Assembly (NCBI GenBank): GCA_965213675.1
Contig: OZ243916.1
Span: forward strand, 928,001 to 992,000
Direction: 5' to 3'
Origin: an uncultured Candidatus Binatia bacterium
GTDB lineage: Bacteria > Desulfobacterota > Binatia > UBA9968 > JAJDTQ01
DNA: 64,000 nt
The number at the start of each line of letters is the position of its first letter. Position 1 is the stretch's first letter. Shown one piece after another: positions 1-12,804 of the stretch. Made by a program: the position numbers and the translations under genes. The notes under the pieces were generated by a model that made no database searches, was not told the DNA's origin, and was given only the letters and a program-made list of their open reading frames with translations.

Positions 1-37
1 GCCGTTCGATGTCCTTCTGCTCCGCAACGCCTTCCAC
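1..37 (-). CDS. 5' end of next suf-operon gene (possibly SufT/DUF59), runs off window
   Basis: GTG at 37 preceded by GGAGAGGGA, open frame VEGVAEQKDIER; product guessed from position only. Confidence 0.35.
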   Translation of the reverse strand, partial: MEGVAEQKDIER

Positions 38-77
38 AAATCCCTCTCCGGTTCTGCTTCCGCACGGCTCCGCGACC

Positions 78-530
78 CTACTCGGTGCTCACGGCCTTGT
101 CCGCGCCGTCCAGGGCGGCGCACAATGTATGCCACGCCAGCGTAGCGCACTTTACGCGGGCCGGATAGTCGCGCACGCCGGCGAAGGCCGCCAGCTTGCC
201 CAGGCTCGCGCCGTCGATGTCCCCGCCGTCGTCGGCCGCCACCATCTGGTGGAAACGCTCGAAAAGCTCCCGGGCGTGAGCACAACTCCGATCCTTGAGG
301 CCCTCGGTCATGACCGAAGCCGAGGCGATGGAGATGGCGCAACCCTCGCCCTCGAAACGGACATCCCTCACCTGGTCGCCTTCCACGCGCAGGTGCACGG
401 CCACCTTGTCGCCGCACAGCGGATTGACGCCCCTGGCGCTGCGGTTGGCATCGGCCAGCGGTCCGAAGTTTCGCGGCTTGCGGTTATGGTCCAGGATCAG
501 CTCCTGGTAGAGGTCCCTCAGGTCAGACAC
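78..530 (-). CDS. sufU: SUF system NifU-like protein SufU
   Basis: LYQELILDH, NPLCGD, GCAISIAS, RVKCATLAWH motifs; GTG at 530 overlaps sufS stop. Confidence 0.93.
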   Translation of the reverse strand: MSDLRDLYQELILDHNRKPRNFGPLADANRSARGVNPLCGDKVAVHLRVEGDQVRDVRFEGEGCAISIASASVMTEGLKDRSCAHARELFERFHQMVAADDGGDIDGASLGKLAAFAGVRDYPARVKCATLAWHTLCAALDGADKAVSTE

Positions 531-1794
531 CGTCGAACAGCCTCCTTGCTTTTTCCAATCCTTCCGCAAGAGCCTCCACCTCGGCCTCGGTGTTGTAGCA
601 CGCGAACGACGCGCGCACGGTGGCGGGAACGCCGAACCGCTCCATCACGGGCATGGCGCAATGATGTCCGGCGCGCACGGCAATACCCTCCTGATCCAGA
701 ATGGTGCCGACGTCGTGGGCGTGCACGTTGCCCAGGGTGAACGACACCAGCGACGCCCGCCGGGCCGGCATGCCGATGAAGCGCAGGCCGGGAACATCCG
801 CCAGCCGCGCCACCGCGCCGGCCAACACCCGGTCCTCGTGGGCCGCCACCGCCTCGATGCCGAGATCGCTGAGGTATTCGACCGCCGCCCCCAGACCGAT
901 GACCCCGGCGATGTTCGGCGTGCCGGCCTCGAACTTGTACGGCAGCACGTTGTACTCGGTGGTCTCGAAGCTCACCGTGAGGATCATGTCGCCGCCCCCC
1001 TGATAGGGCGGCATGGCCTCCAGCAGTCCGGCCTTGCCGTAGAGCACGCCGATGCCGGTGGGGCCGTAGAGCTTGTGGCCGGAGAAAGCATAGAAGTCGC
1101 AGTCCAGATCCTGCACGTCCACGGCCGCATGGGGCGCTCCCTGGGCGCCGTCGATGAGCACCGGGATGCCCTCCCTGTGCGCGTCCGCGATCATCTCCTT
1201 GATGGGGTTCACCGTGCCGAGCGCGTTGGACACATGTGGCAACGCCACCATGCGGGTGCGGGGACCCAGGAGCCGGTGATACGCCTCCATGACGACGTCG
1301 CCGCGGTCGTCCACGGGGATGACCCGAAGCACCGCGCCCTTCTCCTGACAGATGAGCTGCCACGGCACGATGTTGGAGTGGTGCTCCATGGCCGAAATGA
1401 CCACTTCGTCCCCCGCCTCCAGGTTGGCGCCGCCGTAGCACCGGGCCACGAGATTGATGGCCTCGGTGGCGCCGCGCACGAACACGATCTCCCGTGGCTG
1501 CGCCGCATTGAGGAACCGCTGCACCGCCCCCCGGGCGTCTTCGTAAGCGCGGGTGGCCTGTTCGCTCAGCCGATGCACGCCTCGATGAATATTCGAGTTC
1601 TCGGTCTCGTAATAGCCTGTCACCCGCTCGACCACGGATCGCGGCTTCTGGGCCGTGGCCGCGTTGTCGAGGTACACCAAGGGCTTGCCGTGGACGCTCA
1701 CGCCAAGGATGGGGAAATCCTCGCGCACCCGCGCCACGTCGAACCCCTCACTTGGCCCGCTCCAGCCTTCGGTCTTGACCTGTTCCATGCTCAT
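523..1794 (-). CDS. sufS: Cysteine desulfurase SufS
   Basis: YLDNAAT, FSGHKLYGPTG (PLP Lys), RAGHHCA catalytic Cys; start approximate (1788-1815). Confidence 0.95.
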   Translation of the reverse strand: MSMEQVKTEGWSGPSEGFDVARVREDFPILGVSVHGKPLVYLDNAATAQKPRSVVERVTGYYETENSNIHRGVHRLSEQATRAYEDARGAVQRFLNAAQPREIVFVRGATEAINLVARCYGGANLEAGDEVVISAMEHHSNIVPWQLICQEKGAVLRVIPVDDRGDVVMEAYHRLLGPRTRMVALPHVSNALGTVNPIKEMIADAHREGIPVLIDGAQGAPHAAVDVQDLDCDFYAFSGHKLYGPTGIGVLYGKAGLLEAMPPYQGGGDMILTVSFETTEYNVLPYKFEAGTPNIAGVIGLGAAVEYLSDLGIEAVAAHEDRVLAGAVARLADVPGLRFIGMPARRASLVSFTLGNVHAHDVGTILDQEGIAVRAGHHCAMPVMERFGVPATVRASFACYNTEAEVEALAEGLEKARRLFDGV

Positions 1795-1829
1795 ACTCGA
1801 AGAAGAGAGTGTCATCGATGGCGCTGGCT

Positions 1830-1988
1830 TCCTTGGACTTCGTTCCGCCGAACTCAGGATGAACGCACGCAGCGCGCCTTCACCAGGCTCGCGTCGTGGA
1901 CCATCTGGATCAAGTTCGCGCAGCAGGGGTCTCTTGCCAAGCGTTGCGGGAATATCCCGTGGGGCCCGAGCTCTTCGACACGCTCAGG
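1830..1988. repeat. Degenerate REP-like intergenic elements
   Basis: 1830-1865 matches reverse complement of 55658-55693 at 25/36; related CTTCGACACGCTCAGG at 1973-1988. Confidence 0.5.
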
Positions 1989-2051
1989 CAAGCTTCGAAA
2001 ACGACGTCGAAGCGCGCCATTGTGTTCCTCGGCGACCCCGTGCGCTTGCCG

Positions 2052-3427
2052 TCACGCCCCCAGTTCCGCGAGCAACCGGTTCGTCAATCCGTCCCGCAAC
2101 GGCTCGATGGCCACGCCGTCCAGGATCTCGCTGGCGAAGCCGCGCACCAGCAGTTTCCGCGCCACCGTCTGATCCAGCCCGCGCGAGCGCAGGTAGAACA
2201 TCTCGTCCTCCCGCAATTGTCCGATGGTGGTGCCGTGGGCGCAGCGCACGTCGTCGGCCAGGATTTCCAACTGCGGCTTGCTGTTGATCTCCGCGTCCTT
2301 GGACAGCATCAGGTTCTTGTTGGACTGCTCGGCCGCGGTCTTCTGCGCGTCCTTGCGCACCACGATCTTGCCGTTGAAAACCGCCCGCGCCTGATCCGTG
2401 AGCACACCCTTGTACAGCTCCCTGCTGGTGCAGTGGGGCTTTGCGTGTACGATGGCCGTGCGGCTGTCCACGTGCTGGGAGCCCCCGGCCACGTAGAGCC
2501 CCTGGAGCAGGCAGTCGGCCCCTTCCCCGTCAAGCAGCGCGTTCAACTCCACGCGGGTGATGGCGCCGCCCGCGGTCACCGAATGCGACCGGTAGCGGCT
2601 GTTGCGCGCCTGACGTACCTGCACGGTGCCGATGTGAAAGGCCTCGTCGCCCTCGCGCACCAGGCGGTAGTGGTCCAGCTCGGCGTCGTCCTCCAGCACG
2701 ATCTCGGTGACGGCGTTGGTGCAGTAGGCCGCGCCCGCCGAACCCGCATAGGTTTCCACCAGCGTCAGACGGCTGCCCGCCCCGGCCACCACCAGTGTGC
2801 GCGGATGCACGATGCGGTTGGGCGTCCGGCCAAAGTCGGCAGAGTACCTCACGTGGATCGGGTGTTCGAGAATCCGTCCGCGACTCAGCCAGACGGCAGC
2901 GCCGTCCTCCAGGAACGACGTGTTGAGCGCGCGGAGCGCATGCGCCTCGTGGTCGGCGTGCCGTCCGAGATGCGCTTCAACCCAGGGGCGCCGTTGTTCC
3001 ACCGCGTCGGCCAGGCGGCCGACGAAGAGGTCCCCACCGCGCGCGTCCAGGATGTCCCGGAGCGGTTCCCCGCCGGGCGCGTGCGGAATCCCATCACTGT
3101 CGCCTCGGTCGCGGGAAGCCCCGGGCCCCTTGCCACCCCGCGGGAACGTCAACTCATGGCGTTTCCATCCGCCGGCATCGAAGGGATCAGGAGCACCGCC
3201 CGGCGTCGACGCCGGCGCCTCCGCGGTGCGCGGGCACGCTCGCCGCAACGCCTCCAGGCTCGTGTATTTCCACTCCTCGTCACGCGTCGTGGGAAACCCC
3301 AGGGAGCAAAAGCGGTCCATGGCCTTGCGGCGCATGTCGCCGAGCCAGGCGCTGCCGTTGCCCGAGGTCCGCGCCGCGAGCCTCTCGAAATCTTCGAGGT
3401 AGCCCTGCTGATCGGCGGCGGTCCCGG

Positions 3428-3431
<4 letters not shown>
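2052..3431 (-). CDS. sufD: Fe-S assembly protein SufD
   Basis: FPTTRDEEWKYT, KPQLEILADDVRCAHG, FYLRSRG. Confidence 0.93.
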
Positions 3432-4234
<803 letters not shown>

Positions 4235-4273
4235 TGTTTCAAGTCCCGTGGTCGGAATCGCCAGCAACGGCGG

Positions 4274-5740
<1,467 letters not shown>

Positions 5741-5786
5741 CCGTCCGAAGATGGACTCGAAGAGTCCGCCCTCGGCCTATCGAAAT

Positions 5787-6221
5787 TCAACTATGCAGCC
5801 CGTTCAAGCGCCCCTTCAGCCCCTCCCGGTCGGCAAGACTCCCGATGGAGACTCCGGCCAGGAATTCCACCAACAGCATCTGCGCCCGTTCCCACACGGA
5901 AATCTGCGTGCATACCGTGTCGTAGGGGCAGCAGTGATGATCCAGACACTCCATCAGGCTCAGTGGCTTCTCCACGGCTTCGTAGACTTCCTTGACGCTG
6001 ATGGACTCCGGAGGGCGCGCCAAGCTGAAGCCGCCCTTGCGGCCCATGTGGGACCGCACCAGCCCCGCCGCCGCGAGATCCTTCATGATCTTCGACATGT
6101 AATGCGTCGGAATGTCCTGTCGCGCGGCGATCTCCTTGCTGCCCACCACCCAACGGTGCGGCTGGGCCGCCAGATACGAAAGCGCCCGCACGGCATAGTC
6201 GACCTTCCTGCCGATATTCAT
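5787..6221 (-). CDS. Rrf2-family (IscR/SufR-like) transcriptional regulator
   Basis: DYAVRAL, GRKGGFSLARPPESISV, Cys cluster ECLDHHCCPYDTVC; heads suf operon. Confidence 0.88.
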   Translation of the reverse strand: MNIGRKVDYAVRALSYLAAQPHRWVVGSKEIAARQDIPTHYMSKIMKDLAAAGLVRSHMGRKGGFSLARPPESISVKEVYEAVEKPLSLMECLDHHCCPYDTVCTQISVWERAQMLLVEFLAGVSIGSLADREGLKGRLNGLHS

Positions 6222-6357
6222 CAGCGAGCTTCGGTCGGCCGTGACCCTGACGGAATTCACGGCGGATTCTTGCATGCTGGATCCCCTAACGAGATTGGTT
6301 CGGATCTTTGGCTCGGAACTCCTGCGAGTTCTCCCGTGCGTGGAACGTCGTGAGTCA

Positions 6358-6387
6358 AAAATAGACCTAAAGCGTCCATGTTGTCAA
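6358..6387 (-). promoter_or_regulatory. suf operon sigma70 promoter with overlapping Rrf2/IscR type-1-like operator
   Basis: Minus strand TTGACA-18-TATTTT; palindrome ATAGAC-N7-GTCCAT at 6361-6379. Confidence 0.6.
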
Positions 6388-6498
6388 ACCCCGATCCTGT
6401 CGCCCACAGGAACCGGGGGCTGCTGTGTTCAAGAAAGGCCTTGGCCGAACGGGCAACGCGGCTTGAAGGCGCCGAAATCCCCATGCTACCAAGGCCGC

Positions 6499-7032
6499 AT
6501 GGCCATTCTCAAGGTCGCCCGCCTAGGCAATCCCGTGCTGCGCAGGCCGGCCCGCGCGGTTCCCGCTGAAATCGTGGGAAAGGCAGATTTCCAGCGTTTC
6601 ATCGACGACATGGTCGTCACCATGCGCGAGTACCAGGGGGTAGGCCTCGCCGCGGTCCAGGTCCACGAATCCATGCAGGTGGCGGTTTTGGAAGTGGCGG
6701 ACAACGCCCGTTACCCCGGCAAGGACGCCGTGCCCCTGTCCGTCCTCGTCAACCCCGAGATCGTACCGCTGGATGACGAAACGGAAGACGATTGGGAAGG
6801 ATGCCTGAGCATTCCCGAGATCCGCGGCCGGGTGCCCCGCTACAAGCGCCTGCGGGTGACCGCGCTGGACCGCGAGGGCCATGCACTCGACTTCGTCGCC
6901 GAGGATTTCCACGCGCGCGTCATCCAGCACGAGGTGGACCACCTGCGCGGCCAAGTCTACATGGACCGCATGCCCGATCTCACGACGCTGACCTACCTCA
7001 CCGAGTTGGCACGGTATTGGACGGAAAGGTAA
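6499..7032 (+). CDS. def: Peptide deformylase
   Basis: GVGLAAVQ, EGCLS, QHEVDHL motifs. Confidence 0.95.
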   Translation: MAILKVARLGNPVLRRPARAVPAEIVGKADFQRFIDDMVVTMREYQGVGLAAVQVHESMQVAVLEVADNARYPGKDAVPLSVLVNPEIVPLDDETEDDWEGCLSIPEIRGRVPRYKRLRVTALDREGHALDFVAEDFHARVIQHEVDHLRGQVYMDRMPDLTTLTYLTELARYWTER

Positions 7033-7223
7033 GGGTGTTTTTGGCCCCTTGACACGTCGGCACTGACGGATGAGTTTACGATTGTCGGGTGCCCTTCATG
7101 GGCTCCATATGCTTCGCCCAGCCTGACATCACCTTCGCCTCATCCGCCTCTCCCCTTCTCATCCGCCCATGCCTTCCTCGCTGCTCCAACCAAGTGGGAC
7201 CACCTCAGCCACCTCCTATGCTC

Positions 7224-10200
7224 TCATCCGCGCCCATCCAAAACACTTCTCAACGTCTCCGTCTCCAGAAAATCATCCTCACCCTCGGCCACGAACTCCG
7301 GCGCCTTGAACAACGGATTGCCCGGTGACCAAAGCTCCACGCTTTCGGTGTGCTGCTCGTAGTATGCGGGGTCGGTGGTAACCCGCAGGCGTTTGGGCAT
7401 ACCCGGCGCGAGGAGGCTATATTCCCGCGTCCCCATGGTCTCGACCTCGACGCCCGGAGGCATCAAGGCCAGACAGGAAATGACGCGGTCCAGGTCTTCC
7501 ATGAGCACGGGGGACGGCGATCGTTGCGGCATGGTGAGGTCCTCGGTCAGGGCGGCGTCCAGGTCGAAGCCGCCGCGTTCCGCGTCGCTCGCCTGTTGTT
7601 CGATGGCTTCCACGACCTCCACGCGTCCTCGTTCTCGTCCAGAGAGCACCGTGTCGGCGATTGCACCCGGAAGCTGCGCCAGAATCGGTTGCAGGCGCCC
7701 CACTACCGTTTCGAACAGCCCAATGCGTTTACGCAGCGCGCGGTAGACGTCGGTCTCGACCGTGCCTTCGTAATGCAGATTGATGATCCGGATCACCGGA
7801 TAGTGCTGCCCGAGTCGGTCGATACGGCCAATGCGCTGCTCCACACGCATGGGGTTCCACGGCATGTCATAGTTCACCAACGCGCCGCAGAACTGAAAGT
7901 TCAACCCCTCGGCAGCAGCGTCCGTGCAGAGCAGCAGGTCTGCCTCACCGTCTCGGAAACGGCGCTTGGCGTCGTCCCGGCCGATGCGGCGCCAAGCGCC
8001 ATCGGTCCCAGGGAACTCGCCGCCGCGACCCGAGAAGCACAGCAGCCGCAGATTCGGATCCTGTCCGAGTTCCTCGCGAAGAAAATCCATGGTGTCGGTG
8101 TACTGGGTGAACACCATGATCTGCCGGTAGCCATCGGCGCGCAACGAGTCGAGGGCTTGCCTTAGACTGGCGAGCTTGCTGTCCGGCGGAAGACGGCGGA
8201 TGCTATCGAGCAGGCCTTGGATGTCGTCGGTTTCTTCCGCGGCCAGCACGTGCTGCTCCATGGCGACCATTTCTTCCGTGTCCGGTGCTTCGTCGAGCGT
8301 TTCGTCGTCCGGCGCGTCCTCGTCCAGCGTGGTCAACGTGCGGCCTACGGTGACGGCGTCCAGATGCCGCTGGAGCGTGCTGCCAAGTGCGCGGAAGCTG
8401 CTCGCCAAGCGGCGGCGATAGATGGTCATCACGAAGCCCACGGCGTTTCGCTCGGCCGCCGCTGCCTGATTGTAGGTTCCCGAGATGTAATCTTCCACCG
8501 CTTCGTAGAGAGCGCGCTCGCCAGCGCTCATCTTCACGAAATGATCTTCGACCCGGCGGTCGGCGATGGAGGTCGTCAGGGTTCCAGCCTTGAAGTAACG
8601 GCGCAACAACTCCCGCGTATGCCGTGAAACCAACTGCCGAATCGGGGTGTGCGCCTGCACGATCCTTACGGCCGCCTGGCGCTCTAACGTCTCCAACTGC
8701 CTGCGTGGAATGCTGGAACTGTCACGCAACGCTCGGAGAACCTTGTTGGCCTTGAGGCGCGATAGGTCGGCGAGGCCTTGCGCGTCCTCCGTCGTGACAG
8801 CACCGTAGCGATGCTCGACAGCCCGGAACAGACGCGCCATGCGCTCCGTGGCCTCGGGCGATGGGCTCGGCTGCTCCAGATCATCGAAGAAACGGAGGAA
8901 TGCTTCCGCAGTCCATTCCGGCGGAAGACCCAGGAGATCCAGCAGATCCCAGACTTCCACCGGATGTACCTGCATGGGAGTCGCGGTGAGCAGCACCAGG
9001 CCCTGAGTGCGCTCCTTCAACCCGCGCATGAGCCGAAGCAGGGCGTTCGGCCCGCCTTCGCTCTGGCTTCCCGCTCCGCGACGGCGGGCGTGGTGCGCCT
9101 CATCGAGCACCACGAGATCCCACGACTCTGCTTCCGTCAGCAGCGCCTCGGCGCGGTCGTGTCGCCGCATGAGCTGGCTCGACACGATCACCGCCGGCTC
9201 CTCGTGCCAGTCGGCATGGCCGACGTCACGCTCGTGGCGGCCGCGCTGTGCCGGCGACGGATACCAAGTGAGCTTGCGTCCGTCGTAGATGGGCCAGTTG
9301 AGGTTGAATTTCTCGCGTAGCTCGATTTGCCATTGCCTGAGCACGGCCTTGGGCGCGAGGATGAGAATCCGCTGCGCGCGTCCCGCAAGCCATGCCTGCC
9401 GCAGCAACAATCCCGCCTGGATGGTCTTGCCAAGCCCCACCTCGTCGGCAATCAGGAGTTTCGGCGGCCAATTTCCGTAAAGGCGCTCGAACGCGCGTAT
9501 CTGATGCGGCCACGGCGTGACCGCCGCGGTGGCCTCGCCGACGCGCGCACCGCCGCCGGGAAGGGTCGGGGCGCGCCGGATGAAAGCCCACACGAGCGTT
9601 CGCAAGTCGGCCGTTGAGACTATCGGTGGTTCAGGCCTTGGGCGGGCGGCTGACGGTGTATCCGTCTTCCCTTCCACCACTCCCTTCAATCGTTCCGGCA
9701 GCGCATCGGCGGAGGGCAGGAAGCGCAGCAGGTCGCTCCGTACCGCATCCGGCACGTCCAGCACGGAAAGGCGCGGAGTGCGGTTGGCCCAGATGCGCGC
9801 GAAGTTCGTCTCCTCAGCCACCACCCGCTCGGGTTGCGGTCCCCAACTCGTGTAGACGTTGATGCTCTCCCAGTTGGTGCGCCAGCCGGCGGCGGTCTCG
9901 TTCAGGCTGCCATTCCAAGCTATCTTCTCGCCCGTACGGTCCTCGATGACGCCAGCCTTCTCGTGGAAGATGCCGTCATCACTGACCGGCTTTCCGTTCG
10001 CGTCGCAAGGCACTGCTACCTTCACGTCGAGATGGCCGCGGGCGACCATCCAGGCCAGCAGCTCGAGAGCACCGGAAGCTCCCGCGTCCGGGGGCGCCAG
10101 GGGCAAGTCCGCCAGACGCTGCTCAACCCGTGCCCGCAACGCCTCGCCCCGCTCGATGGCCTCAATCTCGGGCGGGGCCAACGTACAGCCGACGATGAGC

Positions 10201-10388
10201 CGCATGCGCCCGCGGTTGCGCACCAGCCCCTCGATGCCGCGCGCCACCAGCGCGAGAGCTCCAGCATTGAAGTAGCCGGTCAGGCGGTCGTAACGCTCGG
10301 CGTCTTCCAGAGCCGGAACGTAGAAGAGCCGGACGAGGTCGCCGTCGTCCGGCGTGTACTTGAGCTTCCAATTGCGGTCCCGAAGCAT
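7224..10388 (-). CDS. SNF2-family helicase with N-terminal PLD-like nuclease domain
   Basis: FHEKAGVIED...GSLNET (HKD-like); LIADEVGLGKT, DEAHH, LLTATP, QRIGRIDR. Confidence 0.88.
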   Translation of the reverse strand: MLRDRNWKLKYTPDDGDLVRLFYVPALEDAERYDRLTGYFNAGALALVARGIEGLVRNRGRMRLIVGCTLAPPEIEAIERGEALRARVEQRLADLPLAPPDAGASGALELLAWMVARGHLDVKVAVPCDANGKPVSDDGIFHEKAGVIEDRTGEKIAWNGSLNETAAGWRTNWESINVYTSWGPQPERVVAEETNFARIWANRTPRLSVLDVPDAVRSDLLRFLPSADALPERLKGVVEGKTDTPSAARPRPEPPIVSTADLRTLVWAFIRRAPTLPGGGARVGEATAAVTPWPHQIRAFERLYGNWPPKLLIADEVGLGKTIQAGLLLRQAWLAGRAQRILILAPKAVLRQWQIELREKFNLNWPIYDGRKLTWYPSPAQRGRHERDVGHADWHEEPAVIVSSQLMRRHDRAEALLTEAESWDLVVLDEAHHARRRGAGSQSEGGPNALLRLMRGLKERTQGLVLLTATPMQVHPVEVWDLLDLLGLPPEWTAEAFLRFFDDLEQPSPSPEATERMARLFRAVEHRYGAVTTEDAQGLADLSRLKANKVLRALRDSSSIPRRQLETLERQAAVRIVQAHTPIRQLVSRHTRELLRRYFKAGTLTTSIADRRVEDHFVKMSAGERALYEAVEDYISGTYNQAAAAERNAVGFVMTIYRRRLASSFRALGSTLQRHLDAVTVGRTLTTLDEDAPDDETLDEAPDTEEMVAMEQHVLAAEETDDIQGLLDSIRRLPPDSKLASLRQALDSLRADGYRQIMVFTQYTDTMDFLREELGQDPNLRLLCFSGRGGEFPGTDGAWRRIGRDDAKRRFRDGEADLLLCTDAAAEGLNFQFCGALVNYDMPWNPMRVEQRIGRIDRLGQHYPVIRIINLHYEGTVETDVYRALRKRIGLFETVVGRLQPILAQLPGAIADTVLSGRERGRVEVVEAIEQQASDAERGGFDLDAALTEDLTMPQRSPSPVLMEDLDRVISCLALMPPGVEVETMGTREYSLLAPGMPKRLRVTTDPAYYEQHTESVELWSPGNPLFKAPEFVAEGEDDFLETETLRSVLDGRG

Positions 10389-12804
10389 GACTCAGCTATC
10401 GTCGTCCTGCCACAGCTTCAACTGCTCGGGCTCGTCGATGCGGTCGCTGTAGGCGAGCCGGGAGAGGTTGTAGAGCGTCTCGAAGTCCGTACCCGATGCC
10501 GCGGCCTCCCCCGTGAGATCGATTCCGGTGAAGGCGCGAGAGACGGGTAGCACCTCCAGCACAGCCTCCAGGGAAGCGAAGAAGCGCGTGTCCTTGTCCG
10601 CGAGTGTCGTAGCGAGCAACTCGCGCGCCGCGTCCAGGGACCGAAGGCGCGCCAGGTTGGCCGCGTGATGGATCGCGTCGATCATGCTTCGGGAGCCGTC
10701 AGCCGGACCGAGCGCCCCCTTGGCGGCTCGCCGTGCGCTGTCCCAGAGCCGGATGTCACTCCCCTTCTTCTCCGCAAGCCGGCCCACCACGTCCGTATCG
10801 AGATCGACGCCCACGGCCCGCGCCAGCCTGAGCGCCTCGTCGTACGAGAACACGGGCGCCTTGAAGGCATCCCATGCCAGAACGAAGAACGCCGTCGCGG
10901 GATCGAGATCGGCGTTGGCCTTGAGATGGGTCAACTGCTCCAGACGCCAGCGCTTGACCTCCCGCCGGGCGACCCCGAGGGCATCCTCCGGCGTGGCCTC
11001 GTAGGGGTCCCATTCCTCCTCGACAAGCACGTGCTGACGCCGTCGGCGGCGTTCCGCGGGAAGCTCGCGCGGCGTGCCCCGCTTGATCGGCCAGTGGCGG
11101 GAGAACTCCTCCAGCGCCGGCCCGAACGAAGCAAGGTAGAGATCGACCCCGGCAATGCCCGCCTCCTGGAACTCCCGCACCCGGGACCGCACCGCGGACG
11201 CAACCCGCGGCTCCACGTCCTCCCAGTAAAGCTCCGGCTCGTCTCTCACCAGAAACGGATCACGGACGCGCGGGCGGCACACCAGAAAGATGGTGCTGTT
11301 GGCCGCCGCCTTGTCCTTGATGTGCAGGCTCCCTTCCGCCTCCGTATTGATGGGCCAGGAGGCCGTGATGACGAAGCCCGCTTCGATCAACCCTTTGGTG
11401 AGGGCGTCCCAGGCTCCCGTGGCCTTGTGGGTGAACATCAGGGTCATGATGCCGTCGGGCTTCAGCACCCGGCGGCACTCCGCGAAGATCGCCGCCATGC
11501 GCTCCTGGTAGTCCTGACCGGCGAGCGCCCGCGCCCCTTTCTCTCCCTGAAACTTGGCCGGATTGGCTACCGCCTCGTTCTCCTTGTCGGTAAGCTGGCG
11601 GCGGAACAGCTCGGGAAAGACGTGCCCGGCCGTGCGCTTCAGCCAAACATAGAAGAAATCCGAAAGCTCCGCGTACATCACATTGTCGCAGTACGGGGGG
11701 TCCATAACCACGGCATCGATGGATGCGTCGCGGATGTGGTCAAGGCTATCGCCCGGCTTGCAGGTGATGGTGACAGGGGGCGGTTGCGAAATCTCGGCGG
11801 CGTCTTCAGGAACCCTATCGAAGAGATCAGGGCTGGCAGCAGTGACTCGGGCATCTGGACGAACGAGAGCGACGAGTTCGCCGATGCACTTGGCGGTCTG
11901 CTTGATGGCCCAGTCATATCCAAGGCCGGTAATCAACGGCGCCATCTCAGCATACGACCACTTGAACGAGAAATCATGCCGGTCGAAAGTATTGACCATC
12001 ACCTCGCGATTCGCGTGCCAACGGGTCATCCTGGAATTGTAGTCACGCAGCTTGTCCAGGGCCAGTGCAAGATACCCATAAGCCGCCTTCCGAACTTCGT
12101 CGAGCCGGCCCGCAGTTCGATCCTCGTCGAGCATTTCCCGGAAGAGTTCTACGCTCGTGCCGTGGCAAAGGAGTTGGCGAGGCGAGAACAGGTCACGCCA
12201 CATGCCCATACCATAGCGCTGCGGTTCGGTAGTCTTGTTCCCTTCGGGGACTCTCTCCCCCGGCACGATATCGAAAGCTTCCCACTCAGCCAATTTCTCG
12301 TCGAGCCGCGCCCGGATCTCCACGCCGTTGTCGTCCTCGGGACGCGGCGCGCGGTAGCCGCGCACCCACTTCACTCGAATTTGTCCCGTCTTGGTCTCGT
12401 ATTCGATCCGTTTCTTGTACACGACGGCGTAAAGCTGCTCGCCCATCCTCCCAACCTGCGCCTGAGCCTTGATGGTGTCACCGTCGATGATTCGCTGACA
12501 GTCCGGATAGGGGCAGTCACCCGTCCCGCGTGACACCGTACCTAGCGACTGCTCTGCGGCATTTCCCACAATTTCGAACCAGCACACACGCCCCCTCGAC
12601 CCTGGTCCGGCACCAAGTCCGGGCTTCAACCGGACGCCGGTCCCGTCGGGTGCCAGCCGCCAGTTGGGCGACAACGGAACCAGACCTTCGCAGTATGGAC
12701 AAGTGACGGTTCGAGCCCAGAGATAGGTTACATCGATTCGTTCCGGGAGGCCCCTTTGTGGGAACAATACGCCGAGACAGTCTTCGATCTGCCTGCGCCA
12801 CCTA

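Noticed and set aside
3070-3240. Low-complexity insert in SufD as an in-frame palindromic element
   Set aside because: SufD N-terminus is naturally variable; no clear hairpin or second copy
7049-7082. TTGACA...TACGAT promoter antisense to the helicase
   Set aside because: 22-bp spacer is too long
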